This document shows positions 1-8,351 of a stretch of 64,000 nt of DNA, piece by piece. The first letter of the stretch is position 1. The number at the start of each line of letters is the position of its first letter. The notes under the pieces were generated by a model, which did not search any database, was not told the origin of the DNA, and saw only the letters and a program-made list of their open reading frames with translations. The position numbers were made by a program, and so were the translations under genes. Location of the stretch: positions 32,001 through 96,000 of the forward strand of contig CAXXIN010000007.1 of the NCBI GenBank assembly GCA_963665275.2. The letters are read 5' to 3'. Origin of the DNA: Negativicutes bacterium. GTDB lineage: Bacteria > Bacillota > Negativicutes > UBA1444.

Positions 1-23
1 TGTTCCTTCTCTTTTGTAACCAT
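1..23 (-). CDS. 5' end of a gene running off the window edge (MVTKEKE...)
   Basis: ATG at 21-23 preceded by AAAGGAG Shine-Dalgarno; only 7 codons visible. Confidence 0.55.
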
Positions 24-87
24 AAAATCTATCTCCTTTAAAGTGTAATTTTGTCATGTAATAGGTGTCTATTTCACTTGACTTTAT

Positions 88-96
88 ATTATAGCA
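88..96 (-). promoter_or_regulatory. Extended -10 element (TGcTATAAT) for the edge gene
   Basis: Minus strand reads TGCTATAAT, 65 nt upstream of the ATG at 23. Confidence 0.4.
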
Positions 97-111
97 TGGA
101 ATTGCCATTTA

Positions 112-1047
112 TTAAACAATTCCTGCTTGGCGGCTCTTCTTTTTGCGCCAGAGGGCGTTGGGCCCCCGTCCCATGCAACGGAGCTTTCCGGCCGCTTTTT
201 GCTCCTTTAAAATTTTGCGGATCAGTTCGATGCCGCACTCGGGTGCCAGCTGCTGAAGCTGCCGAATAGAGAAATCGGTCTGCAACAATCCAATCACCGT
301 CAACACCATATTCGTCTTGACACCGCGCCTGCCGCTGAGAGCTTCTGAACGGGTACTCAAGGCACGGTAGGAATCCAGAATGACCTCCAACCAGCAGGAC
401 CACCACGGCGTAATATCCAAAGAAGAGCTTCTCGAATCCAGCGCCGCTTGCGCCAACGCAGCTCGAAACTTTTGGTCTATTGTCTCCAGTATCCGTTCCA
501 TGCTGACATATCGGCAAGCCGAATATCCCCTGCGGTTTAACAGCCACACAGCAATCAGCAGAGCAGTTCGCAGATTTCCTGATGCAAACGGGCGGATGCG
601 CAAAAATTCGCTAATGAAAGTCCCAACGAGCAACAGGCCTTCGGTCGAGGAATCCAGGGCCCGAAAGCCGTCACACAGTTCCGCAACCGCATCGGCGGCC
701 TCCGTTGATACAAATCCTGCAACCTCACTGCCCGAGCCGGTAAACAGCCCTGCCTGAATCAGCTTGACCGTAGTGACCTCCATAGGCAGCGTCGTCGCAG
801 CATCCTGCAGTTCCAAAACCAACCGCCGATAGTTGGCCTGTTCGATAGAAGTTTCAGTCAGTTCCAGACGACAGGCCGCTGCCGCCGAATGCTCCGCCGT
901 CACCTGCCGCAACAGTTCCATCGCGGCCAGAACATGAGTCCCGAACATTTCCGCCCGGCCTTTGTGCTCGCCGATCTCTCGCAAACAAGCCGCCATCTTT
1001 AAATCGATCGTCTGTTTCGCCAACCACTTTGATGACAGTACGCTCAC
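112..1047 (-). CDS. Fic-family protein with C-terminal winged HTH, catalytic motif degenerate
   Basis: IRPFASGNLRTA aligns to the Fic motif HPFxDGNGRxxR; RYVSMERI follows; C-terminal FSIRQLQQLAP...GRGPNALW is wHTH-like; GTG start 3 nt after the upstream stop. Confidence 0.8.
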   Translation of the reverse strand: MSVLSSKWLAKQTIDLKMAACLREIGEHKGRAEMFGTHVLAAMELLRQVTAEHSAAAACRLELTETSIEQANYRRLVLELQDAATTLPMEVTTVKLIQAGLFTGSGSEVAGFVSTEAADAVAELCDGFRALDSSTEGLLLVGTFISEFLRIRPFASGNLRTALLIAVWLLNRRGYSACRYVSMERILETIDQKFRAALAQAALDSRSSSLDITPWWSCWLEVILDSYRALSTRSEALSGRRGVKTNMVLTVIGLLQTDFSIRQLQQLAPECGIELIRKILKEQKAAGKLRCMGRGPNALWRKKKSRQAGIV

Positions 1048-1050
1048 ACT

Positions 1051-4000
1051 TTAACCCTGCCTTCCAATATTCTGCATCTCCAATGGATTTGAAACCAGTT
1101 GGGCATATAGCTCTTTGGTTTTATCCGACTGTTGCACACAAAGTTCTTCCTGCAAAACCATACAGCATTTTTTATAGGTTCGCACAACCATCGGGATGTT
1201 CTGCAGATTTCCATAACACTGCATTTTCAACTGATAGGCCTGCTCCCAGCACTTATCATGGCGTAGCAGAACATCCGCCCAATGCAGTGCTTCTTCATAG
1301 CGGTTTTGCTGCATGCAAAGCCGGATCAAACTCTCCGCCGCTTGAATAAACAGACCGGATAAACGTTCGCGTTCCATGATCACCAGTTCGTTTTGCAAAT
1401 CACAATTCAAATAGTCTCCCTGATATAACGCTATTGCCTTTTGCAGTAACCGTTTCGCTTCCCCGGGGTTCTGTTGCAACCAACTTACAGCCTGTTTGGT
1501 CAAGCTTTCAAATTCATCGGAATCGAGGTAGTACTCAGCCGATAAGTTAAACCGATAAACCGTTCCTTGTCGCTGGATAAAGCTGCAAGCCTGCCGCGGC
1601 TGCCGGTCCGGCTCCAAAACGATCATCAGATTGCTCAGCGCAACTTTGAAATTTCGGCTCGCCGCCAAAATATCCGATTCCGGCCACAAATAATACAGGA
1701 GGGTATCTTTATGGACCGGTTCATGCCGTGTGGCCAATAACAGGGCAAATAATTGGCGCGAACTTTCCCGGCGCCAGCCCGACGGAGTCACAAGCTCACC
1801 CTCACGCCAGACTTTCAGCTCCCCGAAAGTTTGAATCCGCAATTTATAGGGCTTTTCCATCTGCACTACCGGCGCCGCCGGGAAATTGAGTCGAGAGGTC
1901 GACCCTGCTTCGATTGTCTTGTCCACAGTATCGCTTATCCCCAAACGCCTTGCTTCCATAACGAAAGGAGCGGTTGAAAAATTAGCTATATCGCCAAGCA
2001 ACGAAGGCCTTGCCAATAAAAATTCGCAATGATATTCCCGGCACAAGGCGCATAGCGTCCGATACGAAGCCGCAAAGGCAGCTTCCTGCCGCGTACATAG
2101 CCCGACATAAGTTGCCCACCAAGCCGCTGCCGTCTGACCAAAATGGTCGCCACAGAGTCGGAACAATCGAAAGCCTTTTTGCAAGTAAAGATCCGCTTCG
2201 GAAAAATGTTTGCACAACGCCGCGCTCATGCCCAGCGTATGATACAGGACTGCCGTAAACCAACGATCACAGCATTTTTCCGTGATTGCGATTCCAGCAC
2301 AGCCGCACTTTTCAGCAGCTGGCCAATCCCCTGCCAGCGCATGCAACAATGCTTGCCCCTGCAACACTTCGGTTCGGCTGCGCGGAATATCTAGAGTAGA
2401 GCTGATTGCCAGGCTCTGCCGGTACGCCGACCAGCACTGTTCCAGATCCGGATTCGGCTGAATTAACAGGGCGTGCCCCAATCTGGCATAGCCGACAGCC
2501 GAAATGAAGGGCGAACCCATTTGATCGCCGATCTCGATGCCTTGCTTGGCGGCTGCCAAGGCTTCTGCAGCCTGCCCAGTATAGACATAACAAATCGATA
2601 GGATCAATGGACTCTCGCGAAACGAACACGGAACATGATAAATATTCTTTTCGAACGGAACTTCCTGCGTCTTAAGATCGATTACTTCTTGCAGACGCCC
2701 TGTTCGCAATAATATGCGCGCTTCCAAATTGTTGTTGTCTTCGAAGTGTATCTTGTTGCGCGCAAGTCTGATGTATCGTTCGGCACGAATCGGGCTCCCT
2801 TGATTGATCATGTTCTCGGCCATTAATATCAAAATAGCGGCTCGCGCTTCAGATTGTCCCGGCGGCAGCACTTTGTAGGCTCGGCGCAAAAAATTATCGG
2901 CCTGCAATGGTTGAATAATATCCAGATAGGTTTCACCAATCCCCAACAGTGCGGAACTTTCACTAAGCCCGTTGCGTTCCTCATGGTAAACGGCGGCGGC
3001 TTTTTCGTATAGCGCAATCGCGTTTTTATATTGGCAGGCAAATCGTGCTTCATCCCCAAGAGCCAGAATAATATCCGTCCGGGATTTCGCCTCCGGTAAT
3101 TGAGCCAGAAAATGATGCAACCGGCGGTTCCTACCGCTGCGTACCAAGTCCCTGGCAATTCCAGCCAGGATATCAATGCTCTGAGCAGAGTTTCCGCCTA
3201 AAATGAAATAATGCAGGGCCCGCTCCATTTCCGCGCATTGCAGATAATATTGCCCGGCTCTACGATACAAAGAAGGTAAGTCGGCGACCCGCCGAGCCGC
3301 TTCTTGAATTAAAAACTCGCGGAACAGTTGGTGATAGCGGTACGTTCCTTTACCCACCTCGGATAAAAACAAACCGCGCTTAAAAGCCGAATCCAGATAT
3401 TCATATCGAAAAGCCTCCCCTAATACGGCTTGGCATGCTTTCACAGTAAATGAGTCCAAAATGGCTGACTGAAGCAAAAAATTCTGCACTTCCAGCGTTT
3501 GACGCACCAATACATCGTGAGCCAAATAGTCGAATAGCGCCTCTATTTCTTCCGGCTGCCCCGAAGGTTGCATCTTGTGGCTTCCAGCATTGGCAAACAG
3601 GCGAATTACCATGATCCACCCTTCGGTGAGGTCACATATTCTCCGTATATCCTCCATGGTATAACGGTCCGGTAAAATCCGACTCATGAATTGACAGGTC
3701 TCTTCATAACGAAACATTAAATCGGCATTTTGGATTTCCAGCAGCTTGCCGCTCACTTGCAGCCGACTCAGCTCCGGCAGATTGATTTTTTCGCGCGACA
3801 ACATCACCACATGCAAACCCGCTGGCTTGCACGCCAAAAAACGATCAAAAAACTGCTGAATTTCCGTGTCTTTATGAACTAAATGCCAATCATCAATCAC
3901 TAGTACAGCTGCCGTCTGATCATAATTTTCCATCCCTGCCATAAATATCGCAAAGGCAGTCTTCCAGTTAAGTTGGCTCTCCTGCTTCAGGTTCGTAAAA

Positions 4001-4299
4001 TACCATTCTCGGAAGCCGGGATAGGCATGATCCAGCGCTCCGGCCAAGTAAGCCGAAAACGCAAAGATGTTATCATCTTCCGGGCCGGGGTTATACCAAC
4101 AGCAAGGAACCTCCAAGTTTTCCATAGCCTGTACCACCGCTGTGGTTTTACCATACCCGGCGCCGGCGAAAACCACAGTCACGGAGTATTGTTGAATATT
4201 ACCCACAGTTAGCTTCAACCCTGGTCGTTGGAGAACGTCTTGATCCAATCGGGGTATCGCCAATTTACTTTTTAGCAATATCGGTTTCATTAGGATCAT
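1051..4299 (-). CDS. Large transcriptional regulator: MalT-like STAND ATPase + TPR + SARP/BTAD domain
   Basis: SKLAIP N-terminus, Walker A AGAGYGKTT, Walker B VLVIDDWH, TEGW and YRYHQLFREFL motifs, TPR-like helices, C-terminal LRIQTFGELKV...LWPE...ALYQGDYL...WEQAYQLKM. Confidence 0.9.
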   Translation of the reverse strand: MILMKPILLKSKLAIPRLDQDVLQRPGLKLTVGNIQQYSVTVVFAGAGYGKTTAVVQAMENLEVPCCWYNPGPEDDNIFAFSAYLAGALDHAYPGFREWYFTNLKQESQLNWKTAFAIFMAGMENYDQTAAVLVIDDWHLVHKDTEIQQFFDRFLACKPAGLHVVMLSREKINLPELSRLQVSGKLLEIQNADLMFRYEETCQFMSRILPDRYTMEDIRRICDLTEGWIMVIRLFANAGSHKMQPSGQPEEIEALFDYLAHDVLVRQTLEVQNFLLQSAILDSFTVKACQAVLGEAFRYEYLDSAFKRGLFLSEVGKGTYRYHQLFREFLIQEAARRVADLPSLYRRAGQYYLQCAEMERALHYFILGGNSAQSIDILAGIARDLVRSGRNRRLHHFLAQLPEAKSRTDIILALGDEARFACQYKNAIALYEKAAAVYHEERNGLSESSALLGIGETYLDIIQPLQADNFLRRAYKVLPPGQSEARAAILILMAENMINQGSPIRAERYIRLARNKIHFEDNNNLEARILLRTGRLQEVIDLKTQEVPFEKNIYHVPCSFRESPLILSICYVYTGQAAEALAAAKQGIEIGDQMGSPFISAVGYARLGHALLIQPNPDLEQCWSAYRQSLAISSTLDIPRSRTEVLQGQALLHALAGDWPAAEKCGCAGIAITEKCCDRWFTAVLYHTLGMSAALCKHFSEADLYLQKGFRLFRLCGDHFGQTAAAWWATYVGLCTRQEAAFAASYRTLCALCREYHCEFLLARPSLLGDIANFSTAPFVMEARRLGISDTVDKTIEAGSTSRLNFPAAPVVQMEKPYKLRIQTFGELKVWREGELVTPSGWRRESSRQLFALLLATRHEPVHKDTLLYYLWPESDILAASRNFKVALSNLMIVLEPDRQPRQACSFIQRQGTVYRFNLSAEYYLDSDEFESLTKQAVSWLQQNPGEAKRLLQKAIALYQGDYLNCDLQNELVIMERERLSGLFIQAAESLIRLCMQQNRYEEALHWADVLLRHDKCWEQAYQLKMQCYGNLQNIPMVVRTYKKCCMVLQEELCVQQSDKTKELYAQLVSNPLEMQNIGRQG

Positions 4300-4441
4300 C
4301 CCCCATCAGGAAATACTATTCCTTCATTCTCGGTAAAAGAAAATAATGCGTGTCCACATATCCGCCCAAGTATATCTTACTCCTGTTGGCGCTTTTTTTT
4401 AATCCTTATTGGCAAAACTATTTTATCCGATGTGAAACCAC

Positions 4442-4483
4442 AAAATCCCCAAAAGGCAGGTTGCTGCCTTTTAGGGACTTTTT
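4442..4483. terminator. Intrinsic terminator after the MFS-amidohydrolase operon
   Basis: Inverted repeat aaaatccccaaaaggcag / ctgccttttagggactttt. Confidence 0.7.
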
Positions 4484-4519
4484 ACGGAAAATATTGTGGC
4501 TTCGGGGCCTGTTAAACGA

Positions 4520-5767
4520 TTATAGTTTATACAGTTTGCGCGAGTTTTCCCGTAAAATTCGATTTGCAATCGAAATAGCGGTTGATTCGCTGATCATTCC
4601 ATCCTCCAGCATTCCGGCCAAAGCCAGATATATGCCGTCTCTGGCAGTCTTGGCGCAAGTGTATACATATCTCTCGCCAAACAGAGCATCTGACCCATAG
4701 AGAATCTTGTCCCACAGCATCGGTTTATCCAGCCAGTTCCGCAACATCTTGGCGATATTTTGCGGATGATTGCCGAACATAATCCGCCCAGAAATATCAA
4801 TATAAACATTATTGGGGGCAAGCCCGGCCGTCGCCAGATTATTGGCATGGTCAAACGACGGATAGCTGCCGTGCAGAATCACGATCTTTGCTTTTTGCAG
4901 CTCCGGGTCATCGATAAAATTCTTCAGATTGTACGCATCGTAATAATCGACAGTGTTATCCAATACCGCGCAGTGGAACTGAACCGGCACATCAAGCTCT
5001 ACAGCTTTGCGCATAATGTGCCATACGATGAGATCCTGCAGTGCGGTATAAGCTGCCACATTGCCGTTCTTGGCCTGTTCATACAACGCCGGCCCTTCGC
5101 TTTCGCTCACCTTACGGAAAACAGTCGTGCGCTGCGTCGCCAGCAGGAATTTCAATCCAGGGCAGCCGGATTGAACATAATCAGCCACCACCTGATCAAC
5201 GAACGCCAAGTATTCCTGGAAGCCGCTCATTTGGAACCGGTATTTTTCCATCAGCAACTGCAATTCATATTCGTTGCATCTCACATACCAGCTGCCCAAA
5301 ACACGTTCTTTCAGATGATCATTATTAAAGGGTAAAATCAGGCAATCCAGCCAAGGAATGAGCTTGATGGTTTTCTTTCCTTCCAAGGATTTGGGCATTC
5401 GCATATTGGTTAAAACCAATTCAACATTGGCGGCTTCCATGACAACATCCAAAAAGCCGCTGATGTTTTCGCGTTTTTTGGCATAGGCCGCAGCCAGTAC
5501 TTCTCGTTTACTGGGATCATCCAGCTCGGAACGGGTAAAGCCGTAAAATTTTTCATAGGCTTCGTAATGCAATTCCTTGAGATAGTCCCAGCCATAGCAA
5601 CATTCCTGGGGCGTTTTAAAGACATCGGTCACAAACGCGATTCTTTTTTCCACCGGGAATGTCTCATAATACTCCACCAGTCCCAAATGGGCATGGTCGT
5701 CAATGATGGTAATCGCATCAATCGCCTTTTTCAGCACCGGATATCGAATTTCTTCCAAACTGGCCAT
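4520..5767 (-). CDS. Amidohydrolase-superfamily metallohydrolase (Amidohydro_2, FluG-N-terminus-like)
   Basis: IDDHAH metal motif, VQFHC, ILHGSYP, VYIDIS, LYGSD, ENSRKLY. Confidence 0.85.
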   Translation of the reverse strand: MASLEEIRYPVLKKAIDAITIIDDHAHLGLVEYYETFPVEKRIAFVTDVFKTPQECCYGWDYLKELHYEAYEKFYGFTRSELDDPSKREVLAAAYAKKRENISGFLDVVMEAANVELVLTNMRMPKSLEGKKTIKLIPWLDCLILPFNNDHLKERVLGSWYVRCNEYELQLLMEKYRFQMSGFQEYLAFVDQVVADYVQSGCPGLKFLLATQRTTVFRKVSESEGPALYEQAKNGNVAAYTALQDLIVWHIMRKAVELDVPVQFHCAVLDNTVDYYDAYNLKNFIDDPELQKAKIVILHGSYPSFDHANNLATAGLAPNNVYIDISGRIMFGNHPQNIAKMLRNWLDKPMLWDKILYGSDALFGERYVYTCAKTARDGIYLALAGMLEDGMISESTAISIANRILRENSRKLYKL

Positions 5768-5809
5768 TATTTTTCCTCCCTGCTGTTACGCATCTTTATT
5801 TCCTATGGA

Positions 5810-7099
5810 TCATTTTGTGGCGGCAACCACATCGCCAACCGGCTGTTTCTTTTGAATCGGCCCGGACATGACGCTGACTCCTGTAGCAATCACCAGAGAA
5901 ATCAGCCACATCCACCATAACATGCTGTAGCTTTGGTTGAAGGTATCAAATACCCAGCCACCGGCATAAATGCCGAATGCTGCGCCGAATGATGCAATCA
6001 TGGCCATGGTACCAGCCACTGTACCGAGATTCTTGCGGCCAAATATGTCGGCAGCCAGCGCTGAAATGATTCCATAGCTTCCCATGGCGGCGCTGCCCAT
6101 AACCACAACAAAGATCCACATTAAAGTTGTATTCGTCGTAATGGAGAGCACATATACACCAACGGCCTGAATGATAAAGGCAATTGCCAATGCATATTTA
6201 CGTTTCACATAGTCGGAAATTGACGGGAAGAATAACATGGAGAGCACACCCAAAAACATATAGGCGGTAAATCCATCGATAACATCAGCTTTGGGCAGCC
6301 CCATCTGAACCAGATGCGGGACCATGTGGGCCTGTACGGTCCAGCTGGCGCCACCGAGTATAAAGTATGGTAAAAAGACAGTCCATGATTTTATATTCAT
6401 AATCAGTTCGCTAAGAGTCCACGTTTCGTCACGATCCAATGGCGCCGTCGCAGCAGCCGCAAGATTAGGAGTTGAAGGAGCCACAGTAGCTTCGCCGTCC
6501 GGATGCAATCCCATTTCTTCCGGTGATGATTTCATCAGGAAAAATGCCGGAATTGTAACCAGGACCCAGGAAGAAACAGCCATGATCACAAACAATGACC
6601 GCCAGCCCATATCCGGCAAAATCTGCTTGGCCAGCATGCTGAACACCATAGCGCCGCCGGGTGACGCAACCAGTGCAATCGACAATGCCCGACCACGTTT
6701 TTTGATAAAAAATCGGTTAACTGCCGTCGGCCCAGGAATCATGCCCATCCCGGTATTCGCCAAACCCAGAAGAACGCCAAACAGCAATATGAATTGCCAC
6801 ACCTGCGTTACCATGCTACACAGCATAAAAGCCGCCCCTGTCAGTAACGACCCCAACACCAGCACCATCTTGATGCCTACCTTGTCCATATACTTGCCGA
6901 CAAAAGGTGCAATAATAGCGTAAATCAGCATGTTCGCGGAAAGAGCTCCGGAAATCTCGCTTCTCGACCAATGCAAATCATTGAGCATAGGTAATTGGAT
7001 TACGCTGAAAATTCCTTTGGTGCCATACGTAATGCCGATTGACAAAAAGGCAACAAAGACGATCCACCACCCATAAAAAAAATTCTCCTGCTTTTCCAT
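5810..7099 (-). CDS. MFS transporter (MCT/OFA-like)
   Basis: FYGWWIV N-terminus, GKYMDKVG motif A, FFIKKRGRAL, about 12 hydrophobic segments; start moved to ATG 7099 on the GGGGG SD. Confidence 0.9.
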   Translation of the reverse strand: MEKQENFFYGWWIVFVAFLSIGITYGTKGIFSVIQLPMLNDLHWSRSEISGALSANMLIYAIIAPFVGKYMDKVGIKMVLVLGSLLTGAAFMLCSMVTQVWQFILLFGVLLGLANTGMGMIPGPTAVNRFFIKKRGRALSIALVASPGGAMVFSMLAKQILPDMGWRSLFVIMAVSSWVLVTIPAFFLMKSSPEEMGLHPDGEATVAPSTPNLAAAATAPLDRDETWTLSELIMNIKSWTVFLPYFILGGASWTVQAHMVPHLVQMGLPKADVIDGFTAYMFLGVLSMLFFPSISDYVKRKYALAIAFIIQAVGVYVLSITTNTTLMWIFVVVMGSAAMGSYGIISALAADIFGRKNLGTVAGTMAMIASFGAAFGIYAGGWVFDTFNQSYSMLWWMWLISLVIATGVSVMSGPIQKKQPVGDVVAATK

Positions 7100-7149
7100 A
7101 CAACTACCCCCTTCAAATTTTCCGGCCACCGATCAGGTTTCGCATTTCT

Positions 7150-7194
7150 ATCTTACAAACAACGAGTCACAAAACCGTTACAAAGCAGTTACAA
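7150..7194 (-). promoter_or_regulatory. Three TTGT(A/G)AC heptamers at 11-bp period plus a -10 box TAAGAT (putative SARP/OmpR-type activator site)
   Basis: + strand gtcacaa 7166-7172, gttacaa 7177-7183, gttacaa 7188-7194; TAAGAT at 7150-7155. Confidence 0.65.
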
Positions 7195-7319
7195 TTATTA
7201 GATTTATGCGATAAATTTTTATTCTTCGAGAAATTCGGCTTTCTTAGCAGTGAGAAGAAAAAAATAACAGGCATGCGCCCTGTTGGGTACTGCCTGTTTC
7301 ACTAAATTCTCATCACATT

Positions 7320-8225
7320 TTATTTTTTGCTCTGCGATCTTGAAGCCAGTTCTGCCAGCAACTTTTCTTTCATCGCTTCAATCGGCGCCTGCGTCCCTGT
7401 CCATAACTCAAATCCAGCCACCGCTTGCCATAGTAACAGCTCCGTTCCCGGCAACGCCTGAAATCCGCTGTGCCGAGCCTGTCGCAAAAAAGACGTCTCC
7501 AGTGGATTATATACCGTTTCATAGATTACCATCTGCCGGTTCAAAAGCCCCCACTGAAAAAAGGTTTCCAGATTGCCGTTCCCGCCCATCCCGATCGAAG
7601 TGGCATTCACGAGCAAATTGGTTTGAGGTAGCGCCGTTCTCCATTCGACAGGATTCCAGTCCAAAACTTGAATTAGAGTCTTTCCCTGAGACCGCAGGAT
7701 ATCCGCCAGTTTTTCCGCTTTCTGCCGACTGCGGTTTGCAAGATACAGGTTTTGGCATCCCCAGCGCACCAACTCGGATGCGATTGCCCGGGCCGCTCCA
7801 CCCGCGCCAAGTAAAAATGCTGTTTTCGGCGCCTGTGGGAAATGAGAATTTAACGAAAGACGAAATCCTGTGCAATCGGTATTATGTCCTTCCAATATGC
7901 CTTCTCGATTGAGAACGCAGTTGACCGCGCCAACCAAGGAGGCTTCCGGTGAAAGGCGGTCCAGGCCGGGAACAATCGCTTGCTTCAGCGGCATCGTCAC
8001 ATTCATGCCCCGAATGCCGAACGCACGGACCATTTGCATCGCCAGCAAGGCATCCGACTCCCGAACTGTCAGTGCCACATAGATGGCATCAATGCCATTC
8101 GCGGCAAAAGCGGCATTCATGATGAGCGGCGACAGCGAGTGCTCTACCGGATCACCGATCACGGCATACAGTCCCGTATGGCCGGAAATTCGCAGTTCCG
8201 ACAACATCAAATCCCATTCCTCCAA
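7320..8225 (-). CDS. aroE: Shikimate dehydrogenase (true start may be slightly downstream)
   Basis: GDPVEHSLSP, GMNVTMPLK, GAVNC, GHNTD, GAGGAARA, NATSIGM, YNPLET. Confidence 0.9.
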   Translation of the reverse strand: MEEWDLMLSELRISGHTGLYAVIGDPVEHSLSPLIMNAAFAANGIDAIYVALTVRESDALLAMQMVRAFGIRGMNVTMPLKQAIVPGLDRLSPEASLVGAVNCVLNREGILEGHNTDCTGFRLSLNSHFPQAPKTAFLLGAGGAARAIASELVRWGCQNLYLANRSRQKAEKLADILRSQGKTLIQVLDWNPVEWRTALPQTNLLVNATSIGMGGNGNLETFFQWGLLNRQMVIYETVYNPLETSFLRQARHSGFQALPGTELLLWQAVAGFELWTGTQAPIEAMKEKLLAELASRSQSKK

Positions 8226-8280
8226 GCAATTGTAGGGTGAGGCGAAATCCTCTCACGTATATTATAGAATGATTTGTCAA

Positions 8281-8334
8281 TGAAAAATAGGCAGTCGCGT
8301 CAAACTTTCGCTTGATCGCCACTGCCTATTTTCA
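8281..8334. terminator. Intrinsic terminator ending the catabolic cluster
   Basis: tgaaaaataggcagt ... actgcctattttca inverted repeat. Confidence 0.7.
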
Positions 8335-8351
8335 TTTGATCCAGCCTCTCC

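Noticed and set aside
1051-4299. STAND ATPase as an Avs-type anti-phage NLR with a Fic effector
   Set aside because: The MalT-type N-terminus and SARP/BTAD C-terminus indicate a transcription factor, and the Fic catalytic His is absent
8261-8280. TTGACA and TATAAT upstream of aroE
   Set aside because: Only 8 nt apart, so they cannot form one sigma-A promoter
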